Source: Eledone cirrhosa (taxonomy: Eukaryota). Taken from it: a stretch of DNA of 64,000 bases. The notes below the pieces were generated by a model. The model worked only from the letters and a program-made list of their open reading frames with translations, searched no databases and had not been told where the DNA came from. A program made the translations under genes and the position numbers. The number at the start of each line of letters is the position of its first letter. Position 1 is the stretch's first letter. Shown here piece by piece: positions 1 to 12,959 of this stretch. Location of the stretch: the NCBI GenBank assembly GCA_964016885.1, contig OZ024740.1, positions 63,178,001 to 63,242,000 on the forward strand, read 5' to 3'.

Positions 1-897
1 CTGGAATGAGGAGCACTTTGGCGACACATTCTCTGGACTTCTGTATTGCGCTGGCGCTGTTCAGCCAGCTCCTCTTCATCCATCGCAGCACCGCCATCGC
101 TGCTTGGCTCCAGTGTTTCGTTGGCGTTGTTCAGCCAGCTCCTCTTCATTCATGGCGGCATTCTTCGCCTCTGAAGTTCGGCGTTCCGATGGCGCTGTTC
201 GGCCCGTTTTTCTTCATTCCTGGCTGCACACCGTTGCCGCTGTAGTTCACTGTTTGATAAAGTCGAATTGCTTTTATTATCAGTATTCATTTCGAGCAAT
301 TGCCAAAAAATGACACAATAATAAATATAAAAGATGTCCGTCAATGTAAAAAAAGGTTCCTATTCACTCCCTTCACAACTCTTTGTATGTTAGACTGACA
401 GACAGGCACACAGACAGATAAACTGCGTGGCAATTGTGGAACGCCGCACGTACACACACATACACGCATGAAAACGCGCGCACACGTACGCAAACTTACA
501 CACGCACCCGTGCACTTACACACACGCACACACTCACACATGCTGATAGTTTTTACTTTCTGTGGAACGCTGCACGCACGCACACACACATAAACATACG
601 CGCACGTACATACACACGCACACACGTTAATAGTTATTGCTTTCCTTCCTCTCTTATTTCCACACACATCACACACACACACGTCTCTACACTGACACAT
701 ATACATAGTGTATCCAACACAGCGTTCACTTTTCCTCTCTGTTTCTTACTCTCCGCTCTCACTCCCTCATTGGCATTATGCATATTATTTAAGTTTGGCA
801 TCGTTGAGGTAGGCGGAGTCATTTGAAACCTATGAACCAATGATAATCGAGAATTATGACACACAGAATACTGACATTGTTGAAATTAATATATAGA
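1..897 (-). mobile_element. 5' part of a Helitron (N-terminal STPR-like repeats), continuing off the window
   Basis: Minus strand begins A|TCTATATATTAA...CTGTGTGTC at 897, resembling a Helitron 5' TC end. 1-344 encodes repeated EELAEQRQRN-like helices similar to the RepHel N-terminus at 20518-20994. Confidence 0.55.
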
Positions 898-2073
898 TAC
901 ACAGAAAATGCTTTCAATTCATGCATATTTTTTAAAAATTCATATGCCTTTGTCTTACTTTCTGCAATGCATTTAACTGTTTACATCTTCTCTAGGTTAA
1001 TTTGTTCCACTTAAGTTTAATATGAAAATGTGTTACCGATTGAAAGGGAATCGAGATAATTACCACGATTTCTCAGTTAAGTGTTACGGAAAGATTACTT
1101 TTTTTTTTTTTTTGACGAATTTTATCATAATTTGTAAGTTGTTTTCTAGAAAATAAAGGATAAATGTAACCAAAAGCAGCAAATAAATTCAATAAAATCT
1201 ATATCATACTTATTGTATCCATCTTGAGTTATATTTCCTTGCTTTCTATTTGCGCCATTTACGTCCTGGCTTCAAACTGGGACGAAGTCGAATATAAGTT
1301 ACATCCTTGATAAAACTTTGTCCGATACATGACAACAAAAGATTCATAAAGAATCCTTACAGAGCAGGGTTTTCAACCAGGGCAATTTCGTCTGCCGGTG
1401 GGCGATTTCAACTATTGGGTGGGTGATGAGAAACGAAACAGAAGATGGTGTGCGATTGGAAATCTTGGTGCGCGATATAGGATTTTCAGAATTAAGAAGG
1501 TATTTCAACATATGCTACCCGAAAATCAAATAACCTATTTGCAAATAACCTCTAAAAATAAAACAGGCTAAATGTGAATAACGAACCAGTAATAAACTTT
1601 TTCCAAACATTTCTGGTATGCTTTTGAATATTGATTATACAGATGGATAGTGGACATTTTTCCATGTGAAAGTGGGCGATGACGCAAAAAGGTTTTGGAC
1701 TCCCTGCTATAGAGTGTATAAAGTAAGTAACAGTAGTTTTGGTTCTGACTAGAAAAATAGGTTAATTGCATATGTATAATATTGTGGTCTTGTATATATG
1801 TACGAAATCATGATAACAAATACGTGTCAGTTGCTTAGTTATACTTGTAAGCTGCTAGTGAGTCAATTAAATTTTGATCCATATTGAAGCCCATTCACTC
1901 CATCTGTAATGCTATTCCCTTTGAAACTAAATATGACATCCCAAAGAAGCAGCGATACATATATGAATGTATATATAGATATATATATGAATGTATATAT
2001 AGTGTATTTTGCAATATAGCGATATATATATGAATGTATATATAGTGTATTTTGCAATACACTGTATGCTTAA

Positions 2074-3270
2074 TTTTTTTTTTTTTTTTTTTTTACAGGA
2101 ATTTGTTTTTATTGTAAACACTGAAAAATATATTGTTGTATACAGTATAGGATTGAACTTGATATGTATCTAATTCAGGGCTAGACAGAAAGATAATAAT
2201 AATTGCAATATCTGTATACAACAACTACAACGGCACGCGATGGGGCCCACCCACAGCCCCGGCGGACAGAATGGAGAAGGCGATTCCCCGGAGGACGGCA
2301 AGGGAGACGGGCTGGAAAAGCCACTCCAACTTGCGGGGCTCACACCTGCGGCTGGCCAGCTCAGCGCCTATGGTGGTGAGTAAGGAGGTAGCCCTGGGGC
2401 CGAGGACACCAGAAGTCTCCACTGCCAGGGGTACGACCGCAAACCTGTCGGAGAGCGACCGGTATTTGAGGAGTTTGGCCTCCTCAGCCCGACGTGCAGC
2501 CGAACCTGGGTCAGTCGCAGACTGCACCAGGTTGCGGCTGCAGAAAGTGTCGGTGCAAGTGACATCCCAGACGAGGGGTTTGCCACCGCGGAACGGGAAG
2601 ATGGTCATGCCATCTGGCCTTTTGCCGTCCTCTCGATCCAGCCCCACCGGCTCGAGCTGGGAAGGGAAGCCTGCAGCGTCTAAGCCATGCTTAATGACCT
2701 CGTTGAAGGCAGCATGGCGTGGAATGCGGCCGGCACTGTGGCGACAGGAAAGCGGCTGGAGGCCGAAAGAGTCCACGGTGTAACCGCAGCGACATTGGTG
2801 TGGCTGGCAGATCCGGAGGCCGAGCCTCAGGGAAACGCCGATTCGCAGGCTATGGTTGTCTAGCTGCGTGCCAGTGGAGAAGGAGGGCAGGGCATTGAGC
2901 CAGGCACCACTGTGGAGCTTGGAGGCCGCACGAAAACAAGCAAGGCGGTGCTGGTCGAGCTGGCGCGTGAGCCTGTCAGAGGCCAGGCTGCACTGGATGG
3001 CATCCTAAGTGCGTTGGGGGGAATTGACGTCAACGGGGGAGAAGGAGGAGGGACGTCTACTGGGCTAAGTCCCAGCCGGTCCCATGTCTCACTGGTGGCC
3101 TCACGTTCTCTGAACACAGAGGGTTCTGTTGTGTTTTGAAGAACCCTGCTGACGAGGACGCGGCACGAGGTTACCGACGAAAGATACGCCGGCAAAGCTA
3201 GTGAAATCGGGGACCGGAGGCCAAGGCCGCCATACCTGACAGGTAAAGTGGCCTGTTTCCACCCCATCTC
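2074..3270 (-). mobile_element. 5'-truncated CRE-like non-LTR retrotransposon (RT thumb, Zn knuckle, restriction-like endonuclease), frameshifted
   Basis: ORFs 2860-3267 (GGLGLR) and 2225-2776 (LSC..RH, RPDG, WDVTC, KLLKY, PLAVETSG). GC-rich. AATAAA near 2107-2112 and poly(A) tail at 2074-2094 on the minus strand. Confidence 0.85.
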
Positions 3271-3295
3271 GTCAAAATACCTCTATAACTATATA

Positions 3296-3377
3296 ACACA
3301 CGTACAAATCCAAAGTGATCTGTTTCGCCAGTAAGTGGTTGACAGAAATGAAATAACCCAGGTTCATCAGCGTGTGT
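3296..3377 (-). ncRNA. Type I hammerhead ribozyme (family A)
   Basis: ACACACG-CTGATGA-[long imperfect stem II]-GAAA-CAGATC actttg GATTTG-TA-CGTGTGT. 7-bp stem I, 7-bp stem III, GUA site. Confidence 0.8.
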
Positions 3378-3928
3378 AAGGCTATACATTTCACACAACA
3401 CTAAGAGAATTTTTAAAGCGACCGTCCGGCTACACGTGGGAGAGAGAAGTCACAGCGTGTTTAAGGGCAGTGAACCAGTGGCCTCTGAGGGACGAGCTGC
3501 TAGAAAGGGCAGCCCCAAACCACTCAGATAAGTGTGCTCAACCAAACAGAGAGAGAGGAAAGACTGTTATAAGGAGCGAAATATCACGATACATTAACGG
3601 AGCCATAGACTCTCGTCGTTCCCTGTAAATAATGTGCTCAAATGAGAGGAAATCCTGAGCTCTTTAAAATACAATATGTTGAAAGGTAACACACTAGAGG
3701 GAGATACAGTACACTATCAATAAAACAGGGAAAAACCACCAGTGTATGGAATCTATAACCTATGAAAGGCAGAGTATAGACACGATAATTAAAAATATAA
3801 ATTAAAGCGTAAATAAATACCTCTATAACTATATAACACACGTACAAATCCAAAGTGATCTGTTTCGCCAGTAAGTTGTTGACAGAAATGAAATAACCCA
3901 AGTTATTGTTGTCTGAAATGTATAGCTT

Positions 3929-4010
3929 ACACACGCTGATGAACCTGCGTTATTTCATTTCTGTCAACAACTTACTGGCGAAACAGATCACTTTGGATTT
4001 GTACGTCTGT
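3929..4010 (+). ncRNA. Type I hammerhead ribozyme (family A, inverted copy)
   Basis: CTGATGA at 3936, GAAA at 3980, GTA at 4001. Stem I ACACACG/CGTCTGT has one mismatch. Confidence 0.75.
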
Positions 4011-4257
4011 TATATAGTTATAGAGGTATTTATTTACGCTTTAATTTATATTTTTAATTATCGTGTCTATACTCTGCCCTTCATAGGTTATAGATTCCAT
4101 AGACTGGTGGTTTTTCCCCTGTTTTATTGATAGCGCACTGTATCTCTCTATATGGTGTTACCTTTTCAACATATTGTATTTTAAAGAGCTCAGGATTTCC
4201 TCTCATTTGAGCACATTATTTACAGGGAACGACGAGTCTATGGCTCCGTTAATGTAT

Positions 4258-4324
<67 letters not shown>

Positions 4325-4392
4325 CAAGGTTTAGCAAATAAGAAAACGTTTCAAAATAAATTTTAATAAATTCGCTGTACTCACTATGGTTA

Positions 4393-4477
4393 CCTTTACC
4401 GAATCGGTTTCGAGTCTCAAAAATAAATGGACAGTCCTTGCGGCCTACCATTGTAAAGATAAACTCTCGTCAGAAGG
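4393..4477 (-). ncRNA. Type I hammerhead ribozyme (family B) in a ~240-nt unit between two (TA)n tracts
   Basis: CCTT-CTGACGA-GAGTTT...AGACTC-GAAA-CCGATTCGG-TA-AAGG. All three stems pair and the core is canonical. Confidence 0.88.
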
Positions 4478-4555
4478 ATCTTTTCACTCGGAGAATATAA
4501 AATTCCCGAGTTCAAATTACGAACTGGCGCTATTCAAAATTGTTCCCGAGATGAG

Positions 4556-4641
<86 letters not shown>

Positions 4642-4826
4642 GAGGTAAATATCTCACTGAGTACTAAGTACCCATAGAGATATATAGGGTGTCTATAATA
4701 TAACTGTTGTTCTATGGTACTAATTCGAGATACCAGAACTATAAAAGTTGATGAGCAGAACAAACAAACATTAAATAATCCTTTAAATAAATTAAAAAAT
4801 GATTTAAATATCTACCTGTTCATAAT

Positions 4827-4905
4827 GCTATTACCGGCGGTTTCCATTTACAAAAGATTAGAAATTAAGAGAATTTCCAACGGAAAGTAAATTTCATCAG
4901 ATAGC
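4827..4905 (-). ncRNA. Type I hammerhead ribozyme (family C) in a ~479-nt direct-repeat-bounded unit (about 4636-5150)
   Basis: GCTAT-CTGATGA-a ATTTAC...GTAAAT g-GAAA-CCGCCGG-TA-ATAGC. The motif tgaggtaaatatctYactgagtactaagta occurs at 4641 and 5120. Confidence 0.85.
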
Positions 4906-5152
4906 TATTTCCTTTCTATAGGACTTACGTCCCACGGTCTGCAAATATAATGCCAACTACCAGCTCGTATGAGTTATGGCCGTTAAAGTGACCCACACGT
5001 GAACCGGCCGCTAGTGAAAGCGGGAATATTACAGACTTGTTGATGGCTTGGCTGCTAAAAAAATACCCGTTTAGCAACAACGAATTTTTTCTCTACATAG
5101 ATTGGAGAATATATAAAAATGAGGTAAATATCTTACTGAGTACTAAGTATAT

Positions 5153-5229
<77 letters not shown>

Positions 5230-6674
5230 TCTATATATATATAAAACGGAAGATGTCTGTCTGTGTGTGTGTATGATTGTTATGCATTTCCACATTTTTC
5301 TACCGATTTTGAGGATTTTTTTGCAATGTGCTCTAAATTTACCAACGATGGTCAACGCGTAATTTGCCAAAATTTTCCTGCTTCTATGACAAAAAATCGA
5401 TAAAACTAAATACATGCTGTAACCTTCTCTCTTACACGCTTATTTACTCTCTCTACTACCCAACAGCGACAAAACTTCGTTCAGGAACGCGACATAAACT
5501 TTGAAAACTAAGCAACACATCATTTTATACAACAACAAACATAGTCATAACGCTCTCTCCGTCGCTCGTCCCTCTCTCTATAATAGATCATTCCCCCTCT
5601 CTATAATTTAACTGCTTTACTCTTTTCATGCTTTGAGGTTTAACACACCTCCCTATAGTTTCTTAGCTTTACTCTCTCCGTCGCTCTTACCTCTCTCTAT
5701 AATAGATTATTCCCCCTCTCTATAATTTAACTGCTTTACTCTCTCTGTCGCTCTTCACTCTCTATATGACAACACTGTTTTACACACCTCCCTATAGTTT
5801 CTTAGCTTTACTCTCTCCATCACTCTTCACTTTCTCTATAATAGATTATTCTCTATAATGTAACTGCTGGGGGAGTCATTGGAGTTCCGTATTGACATAC
5901 GGCTTTTCTGGGGTATTTTAAATCGGCTTATTGTAAATAACAACCCGCAAAATAACACTTCATATCACAGATTAATACTATAGACATATGAATCGGAATG
6001 TTTAAATTATTTATTTTTTACAACTTTCATTGGTTAAATATTAATATGACAACACCCATAGTGTTGTACTTACTTCTGGCAATTCTGCCGAATACACTGC
6101 CAAGGATGAAGCTTTTCCCCTCGGCGTCAGATATCCCGTTCGATTTCCGGCGATCCCAATTCCCGGTGAGACCATGTTTTGCCATGTCCATTAACAAGTC
6201 ACAAGAACAAACATTGGCGGTGGCGGGCATCCATTTTGGGGATCCATGCTTCTCCCATGACCAACTTTATGTTGCCTGTTTCCGCGTAGGGAGCAGGAAT
6301 GGACTTTTTGCTTACACTCCTCAAAGGATGACACGCAATATCGTCTACAAAGAGGTGCTATAGATGGTGGTGCAGGTGTTGGAGGTGTTGTAGCTATGCC
6401 GTCTGGAAAACTATTTCCAGGTAGGGTCACCCATGGCGGACAGATCTGACACCCAGCGGCATCAGGGCCACCATCTTGCAACTTTGGTCTGCTAAATTCG
6501 CTATTGGAAGATCATCAATTGTCCAAAATGCTAATTGGTTCGTAACTGTTAATAACCGGTTCAACTGCTTTATGCACTTAATTGATAAGCTTATTAGCTT
6601 TCAAGCCACGTTTACCTGTATGTAACTTTTCATAGCAAATGAACAAACCCGAGCAAAGCCGGGCTAAACTGCTA

Positions 6675-6675
<1 letters not shown>
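5230..6675 (+). mobile_element. Non-autonomous Helitron carrying a Pif1 helicase C-terminal fragment
   Basis: 5' A|TCTATATATATATAAAACG. 3' hairpin CCCGAGCAAAGCCGGG then CTAG|T. 6090-6363 encodes FRRSQFPVRPCFAMSINKSQ..FSHDQLYVA. Confidence 0.88.
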
Positions 6676-6723
<48 letters not shown>

Positions 6724-7677
6724 GAGAGAGAGAAAGAGAGAGAAAGAAATTTATGCTTGTATGCATTTCTAATACGTATGTATGTGTATGAGCTTCTATA
6801 TATATATGCTTATATATACGCATATATATGAGATTAGAGGCAGCTACAGATTGTACAGATTGTACAGATTGTAGATGGTTTCTTGAATGGAAGGAAATAT
6901 GAGTAATGGAATCAGAATAGCAACTGTCTTACTTTCTGAAGAAAATTATAAGAAACAAAACTATTGCAAAAGATTAAGCAAGGCAGATATATAGATTACT
7001 CTCTATCGAATATCTTTTAATTTTATCTTTGAATCGTATGTTGGGCTTCAATTATTTTCACTGTAAATATTTTATATTACTATTTAACTATTTATGATGA
7101 TTATATTTTCCAGCTGAAGTTTAACTATAAAATACTTTATGAACCACATTATCGTTGAGAAATATTGCTAAGATATCAAAAGCTATAAATGTTAAGCAGA
7201 AATTAACAGCTTATCTTAATGTTGTTTTTTGCAATGATTGCAGATTCATAATTCCGGTTGGTTTCTAAAATATGATTAGCGTTCTAAGAATCAGTGATAA
7301 GAGCTTTAAAGCAAAAGCAAGTTTCCAGACTAAAATATAGTTTGTGATGATATATAGACAACTTACATGTTTTGAACTGGTAAGCCCCTAACCTGGAATG
7401 AATTCAGGTCTCTATTGTTATAATTCGTTGAGAAATAGCGATATTCTAAAGCAAACACAGAAAAGTTTCCGTTTATACACACACACACACACATACAGAT
7501 ATGTATATATATATAAATGTGTGTGTGTGTGTGTGCGTTTATTTGTTTACAGATTTATTTAATCAATTTGATCGTCCGTATAGAGCTAGAAAGCCATGAC
7601 AGAGAAGAAACAAAAAAAACAGGAGAGATAAAAAAACATAAGCACATACACAGATGCACAAACACACAGAGACAGAC

Positions 7678-7737
<60 letters not shown>

Positions 7738-7934
7738 TAAGGTCGTTTGTAATTGATAAGCTGACAATGATACTATCACGGAATGACGAAATGGGGTTTA
7801 TTTTTCAACATAGTCCCCGGAAAGAAACAATGCAATTATTAATAAGAAGAGTTAAAATTAATGCATGCAAGATTTCGCAGCTCTAGCATCAATCTATTAT
7901 AGTCAGCCTATGAACCTTTCAGCCGACTCTCATA

Positions 7935-8025
<91 letters not shown>

Positions 8026-8224
8026 GCGTGTGCGTGTGTGTGTGTGTATAAAGTATGGATGGATGATCTCAAAACTCTTGGAGGACTCGTAGCGGTGCCG
8101 TATTGACATAAAGAGTTTTTAGAGCCTTTTAAAATCTGGTGTAGCCTATCTCTCTCCAGCTCTGAATATAGTAGATTTCTTTTAGAAAAGGATAGAGAGT
8201 AAGGGGATGGTGAGAAAAAGACGA

Positions 8225-8380
8225 CACCAGTACTAGACTGGTACTTTATTTTTATCGACCTGGAGTGGATGAAAGACAAATTTGACCTCAGCAGGATTTG
8301 AATTCAGAGAGAAGAGAACCGAAACGAATACTGCAAAGCATTCTATTCGAAGTTCAAACGACCCTGCCAATTCGCCGCCT
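8225..8380 (-). mobile_element. tRNA-derived SINE (diverged copy of the family at 40410)
   Basis: ctggtactttatttttatcgacc..ggatgaaag..ggatttgaattcag matches the other copies. Confidence 0.7.
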
Positions 8381-9813
8381 GTGTAATATATACGAGTTAA
8401 AAATTATCCTTGAAGTGAGTTTTCCCTTTCCCAATTTTACACTGCTGTAAATTTAGATTAAACACCTAAGCTGTAAATTTAGATTCAAATGCATCTGAAA
8501 GGAAAGAATTATATTAAATTCGGTTATCTCAAATCGTTATTTCTCACATATCATATCTAATGCATATATCAAAAGTATATGTCCCTAATTACACTACCTA
8601 ATCTAGGAATATATAAACAGAAAACTTTAAAATATATTAATCTGATGTAGAAATTATACAGGAAATACTTAAACATACATTAGCATTTGTTATTCAAATA
8701 TTAAGTCATTAAGTCATTTTTAAATATGCTGCGATAACTCATCTACATGACCTATATGTGAAGATGCATGCCTTAGAGGGTTAGAATGTTCAGATCACGA
8801 TCGTATGGTCTGAGTCCAATTTCCGGCAGCGCGTTTTATCATTGAATAAGACACTTATTACACGTTGTTCTATTCCTCTCAGCGGGGTGTTCCTCTTAAA
8901 AAATTGTTTACAGTTTTGTTTTGTTTCCGTTCGTTGTCTTGTTCCTTCTTCGTTAATATTCTTAAGTTTATTTATTAATGTGACGTATATGTTTATCTTT
9001 TCTCCCCATTTATTGTAAGGGCTTACATTTTTAACACTTTCTTCTTCTTGCTTTTTTTTTCTTCCTTTCTTTTTTCCTCTTTTCCTTTGTTTCACTCATG
9101 TTTCACGTACACTAAGAGGCACCTGATATTTTCCCTAACGTCTATAAATTCATGTTCTGTCTTTTGTCTTTTACTCCTTTGGGCAGTGTTTGACTTATGT
9201 TAGACGCTGTGACCCCGGGTGGACCAGCAGTGCCATTTGTAGGGGTCGAAACTGCCCAAGTTCATCTCAACGACCGATGACCATGAAGTTCTATGCCCTG
9301 CGTTTGTTTATATATTTAAGAATAATTTTTTAAGGTTTCCCGTAAAAAATATTTTTCGCTTTGTTTTGTTTCCGTACATTCTTTGTTAATTTTCTTGAGT
9401 TTATATATATATATATATAAACTCAAGAAAAGACCCTGCATTGAATTGAATGCATATAAACTTAATGAAAAGACCCTGGATTGAATTGAATATATATATA
9501 TATATTCAATTCAATCCAGAGTCTTTTCATTCCTACCGGAGGAACCCCTCCCTGATTGACCTCCGCCGTTTTTTGTTTTGGTTTTGGTCGTGTCAGGCTT
9601 GTAGCCGTACTCACCACGCTTGGCCAATTGTCGGTTGGTGAGGCTATTTAACCCATTGCTGGATAATCTAATTTCTACAGCTGAGTTAACTGGAGCAACG
9701 TGAAATAAAGTGTTTTGCTCAAAAACACAACGCAAATCCCGGTCCGAGAATATATATATACATATACATATAACCGAGAGTTTAAACGACGATTATTGTT
9801 AAAGCATTTAATA

Positions 9814-9883
9814 GATTTACGATCGTTTCGCTTGATTAAGAGGAATGATTAGTTCATTCCTGTAAGAATGGCTTATCAGAATC
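9814..9883 (-). ncRNA. Hammerhead-like motif (family D) with C3/A8 mismatch
   Basis: GATT-CTGATAA-GC...GC-GAAA-CGATCG-TA-AATC. Palindromic stem III and an internal GGAATGA/TCATTCC hairpin in stem II. Confidence 0.7.
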
Positions 9884-9944
9884 AATTACAAATAATTTAC
9901 CTTGCATGTTTTAAATTTTCAGTGAAAGAAGAAAGTGAAGGTGT

Positions 9945-10245
9945 AAATAATTGTTTCTACTTTTGGCACAAGGCCAGCAATTACCTAGTACATTACTTTA
10001 TTTTATCGACCCCGTAAGGATGAAAGGCAAAGTTAACCTCGACGAGATTTGAACTCAGACCGTAAAGGGACGTAACTATGCCTCTACCGATACTGCCAAT
10101 TCATCGCCTTAAGTGAAGATGTAAATAATTGTTTCTACTTTTGGCACAAGGTCAGCAATTACCCAGTGTATTCCTGGTACTTTATTTTATCGACCCCGTA
10201 AGGATGAAAGGCAAAGTTAACCTCGGCGGGATTTGAACTCAGAGT
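9945..10245 (-). mobile_element. Two tandem tRNA-derived SINE copies (Nin-domain-like core)
   Basis: aataattgtttctacttttggcacaagg...atcgaccccgtaaggatgaaaggcaaagttaacctc..gatttgaactcag occurs twice. Box B GAGTTCAAATC is on the minus strand. Confidence 0.85.
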
Positions 10246-10666
10246 AAATAATAACGTTTAAATATTATCGGGAAAACGTTAAAATTATGGAAGTCCAAAA
10301 TCATAATTAGAATCTATAAATGATAAAATATTTACATTCAGTAACTATAGATATTTTACTAAATATAATATATCGTTACAAAAGATAACATACACTAAAT
10401 AGAGATAGCTTTATACTACTGTGAATTATAAAAAACTATTATCACTTAGGTGAATCTATAAAAAATATTATTAGAATATACTAAAAGGTTGTTGAAATTT
10501 ATGGAATCGTAAAACGGCAATAAATATATCTATGATTAAAATAAAGGGTAAGTGACCAAGAAATTCAGAGGAGATAAACTAGTTAAAAATAAGGTTGGGA
10601 ATATAACATAGATAAGGTTACAATTATATGATAAATAAGAGAGCAAAAAGGAATCAATTTAGAACA

Positions 10667-10749
<83 letters not shown>

Positions 10750-10944
10750 TACAGGTTAGGGTACATCAAATATAGTAGGCAAACTAGAGGGGTAACAGAT
10801 ATGAATTTTACGAGATAGGTTAACATAAGGGTTGGGTATAAATTTTATATGATACTAATTTCCTATGTCTTCATAAAAATAGATAAACAAGGGTGTCAGG
10901 GATATAATTAATCTGGGTCAAAGTTTTTGTAAAAGAAAGAATGA

Positions 10945-11133
10945 AATGTTCTTTGTAGACAAGAAGGGAATATTTCATTTTTGAAATTGAGAAGGATAAT
11001 TTTTGAAGTAATTATTTCTGACACTTCATCAGACAAACATTGCATTTAGTTCTACCCTTACTATAAGTTTGTGCGGAATTAAGAATATCCCACTTAAGAG
11101 AGTATCTGTTGCTATCGCTTTCTAAACGCCAAA

Positions 11134-11135
<2 letters not shown>
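10945..11135 (-). pseudogene. Naiad-type PLE GIY-YIG endonuclease C-terminal fragment
   Basis: Manual translation: WRLESDSNRYSLKWDILNSAQTYSKGRTKCNVCLM(fs)..EII..LLNFKNEIFPSCL. This resembles the W.LK..Y..W.I..Y..C.LC..E..LN..E..C signature. Confidence 0.7.
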
Positions 11136-11190
<55 letters not shown>

Positions 11191-11394
11191 GTGTGTGTGT
11201 ATGTGTGTGTGTGTGTGTGTGTAAGAGGTAAACAGAAATAACAACACAATCGGTACAGTATGTGGAAGGTATATATTAGGTTAACGCTTGATATAGCAGG
11301 AAGATATCGACAGTCGATCGACTTTCGTCAAATTGGACCGAGGAATCTATGTTTCCATTGGTCTTTCGAATTCCTAATACTATCTATCGGTCGC

Positions 11395-11515
11395 AACTCC
11401 AGGTAGAAGGAGCAACGTGAAATAAAGTCTTGTTCAAGGACATCACGCATCGCCCGATCCAGGAATCGAACTCACAACCTCACGATTGCGAATCCAATTC
11501 TCTAACAACTCAGCG
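11395..11515 (-). mobile_element. Second tRNA-derived SINE family (related partial copy at about 9680-9750)
   Basis: Minus strand gctgagttgttagag...gtgagttcgattcc (boxes A and B), then gtccttgaacaagactttatttcacgttgctcc. Confidence 0.7.
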
Positions 11516-11557
11516 TCTTCACACACACACACACACACTCATATGTATATATATATA

Positions 11558-12302
11558 CTAGCTAAACTACCCGCCCTTTGGACGGTTCAATTAGCTTTCG
11601 ATGTAGCTCATTAAACTAAACAAAGTAAATTTGAATACATAGAAGAAAAACGTACTTTATGTAAACATGAAAACCTTAGGGACTATTCCAGCGAAATAAT
11701 TAATATGTGAGCTCGGTGTCATCCGTTATACCATGTAACAACAGAAATCCAGTCTAGGTATAAATTTTTTTGACAACAGTAAAAGCGCATCATGAAATAG
11801 AGAAGTGAAGTGAATAATAGACACTATTATGTACAAAGCATAATATTGTAAAAGTTATGACATCACTAATGTATGAACATCAAGCTTGAAACGATAAATT
11901 ATACAATGTCAAATCTATAACTTTACTTAGTAATCTGTTAGAAATTGCTGGTTGTGAAATATACAAAATGGTATTGTTAGTCTCTAGGAAGCGTACCTTT
12001 TGTTTCAAGTACAAAGAGTAAATTAAAATCCGAATGAGCCGTATTACGAAAGATAACTATTGTCTTACTTAATCACGAAAATTCAGACAAATAACCGAAA
12101 ATTTTTAATGTCTCCAAAGGCCCCAATAACGATTTTTGAAAGCCTTTGTAGATCATGTACAGGTTTTGTGCAAGGAGAAGCTCTGTAAAAAATTTCAAAG
12201 AAATCGCATGAATGGTTTAGAATATATGATCCCTCATTGAAAATTGTCCACACACACACATACACACACATACAGAAAACTTCGTCTTTATATATATACA
12301 GA
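11558..12302 (-). mobile_element. Non-autonomous Helitron
   Basis: 5' TCTGTATATATATAAAGACG. 3' hairpin CCGTCCAAAGGGCGG then CTAG|T. Confidence 0.7.
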
Positions 12303-12367
12303 TATATATATATATGAAAGACGTAAACTAAGAAAATTATGAAAATCAACTTACTTACTAAAATTTC

Positions 12368-12448
12368 ACTCCAACTAATTAGTTTCTGTAAGGGAATAAA
12401 TATGGTTACCGAACGGAGCGATAGAGAATCCTTACATCATCAGGGAGT
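12368..12448 (-). ncRNA. Type I hammerhead ribozyme (family E, copy 1)
   Basis: ACTCC-CTGATGA-TGTAAGG...CCTTACA-GAAA-CTAATTAG-TT-GGAGT. Perfect stems I and II, palindromic stem III. Confidence 0.9.
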
Positions 12449-12878
12449 CTATTCTCAGTTAAGTTCCCAGGCAATGCGTGGACACAGGGAACTTATACAA
12501 AAATAATTCAGTGGATGGAAAAAAGCGAGCGGGGACTAAATTCCAGGACATTGAAAAAATCTCTGCCTACTTGGTCGGTGGCAAATTCAAAAGAATCAAT
12601 CACGTGACCCTGAGGTTAATCGGTGAGGAGTGGGATGCTAATAAGACAGGAGCCTGACTACTACCATGAACCATAGCAGTAATTTCGGCAAATTTTTGCT
12701 CAACAAATAATTTGGAGATAATTATAAAGAATTAGTATATACAGATGCATACCTATGCTAGCAAATATATAGGTTTTGTCTTAGTAACTTTGTGGTTCAA
12801 TGTAAGGGGATGCAGAACAATTATATGAAAGACGTAAAATAAGAAAATTATGAAAATCAACTTACTTACTAAAATTTC

Positions 12879-12959
12879 ACTCCAACTAATTAGTTTCTGT
12901 AAGGGAATAAATATGGTTACCGAACGGATCCATAGAGAATCCTTACATCATCAGGGAGT
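12879..12959 (-). ncRNA. Type I hammerhead ribozyme (family E, copy 2)
   Basis: Same stems and core as copy 1, 511 nt away. Confidence 0.9.

Larger units (their letters stand above)
3275..4265. mobile_element. HHR-bearing PLE pLTR/retrozyme-like insertion (family A): 540-nt tandem unit on minus plus inverted copy on plus, ending at (TA)n
   Basis: 3275-3360 repeats at 3815-3900. 3581-3903 is the reverse complement of about 3948-4265. (TA)n follows. Confidence 0.85.

Noticed and set aside
3148-3185. CTGACGA...GAAA on the plus strand
   Set aside because: Antisense to CRE coding sequence. No stem I or III.
5550-5870. Repeated ctttactctctcYgtcgctctt units as a CRISPR-like array
   Set aside because: A degenerate internal minisatellite of a Helitron. 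No unique spacers, and the context is eukaryotic.
9200-9265. CTGTGACCCC...GGGGTC-GAAA in a unit with a ~440-nt direct repeat
   Set aside because: A stem II and GAAA are present, but the core is incomplete and there is no stem I. Too decayed to call.
11025-11033. CTGATGA on the minus strand
   Set aside because: It falls in the Naiad EN coding frame (C-L-M) and has no HHR stems.
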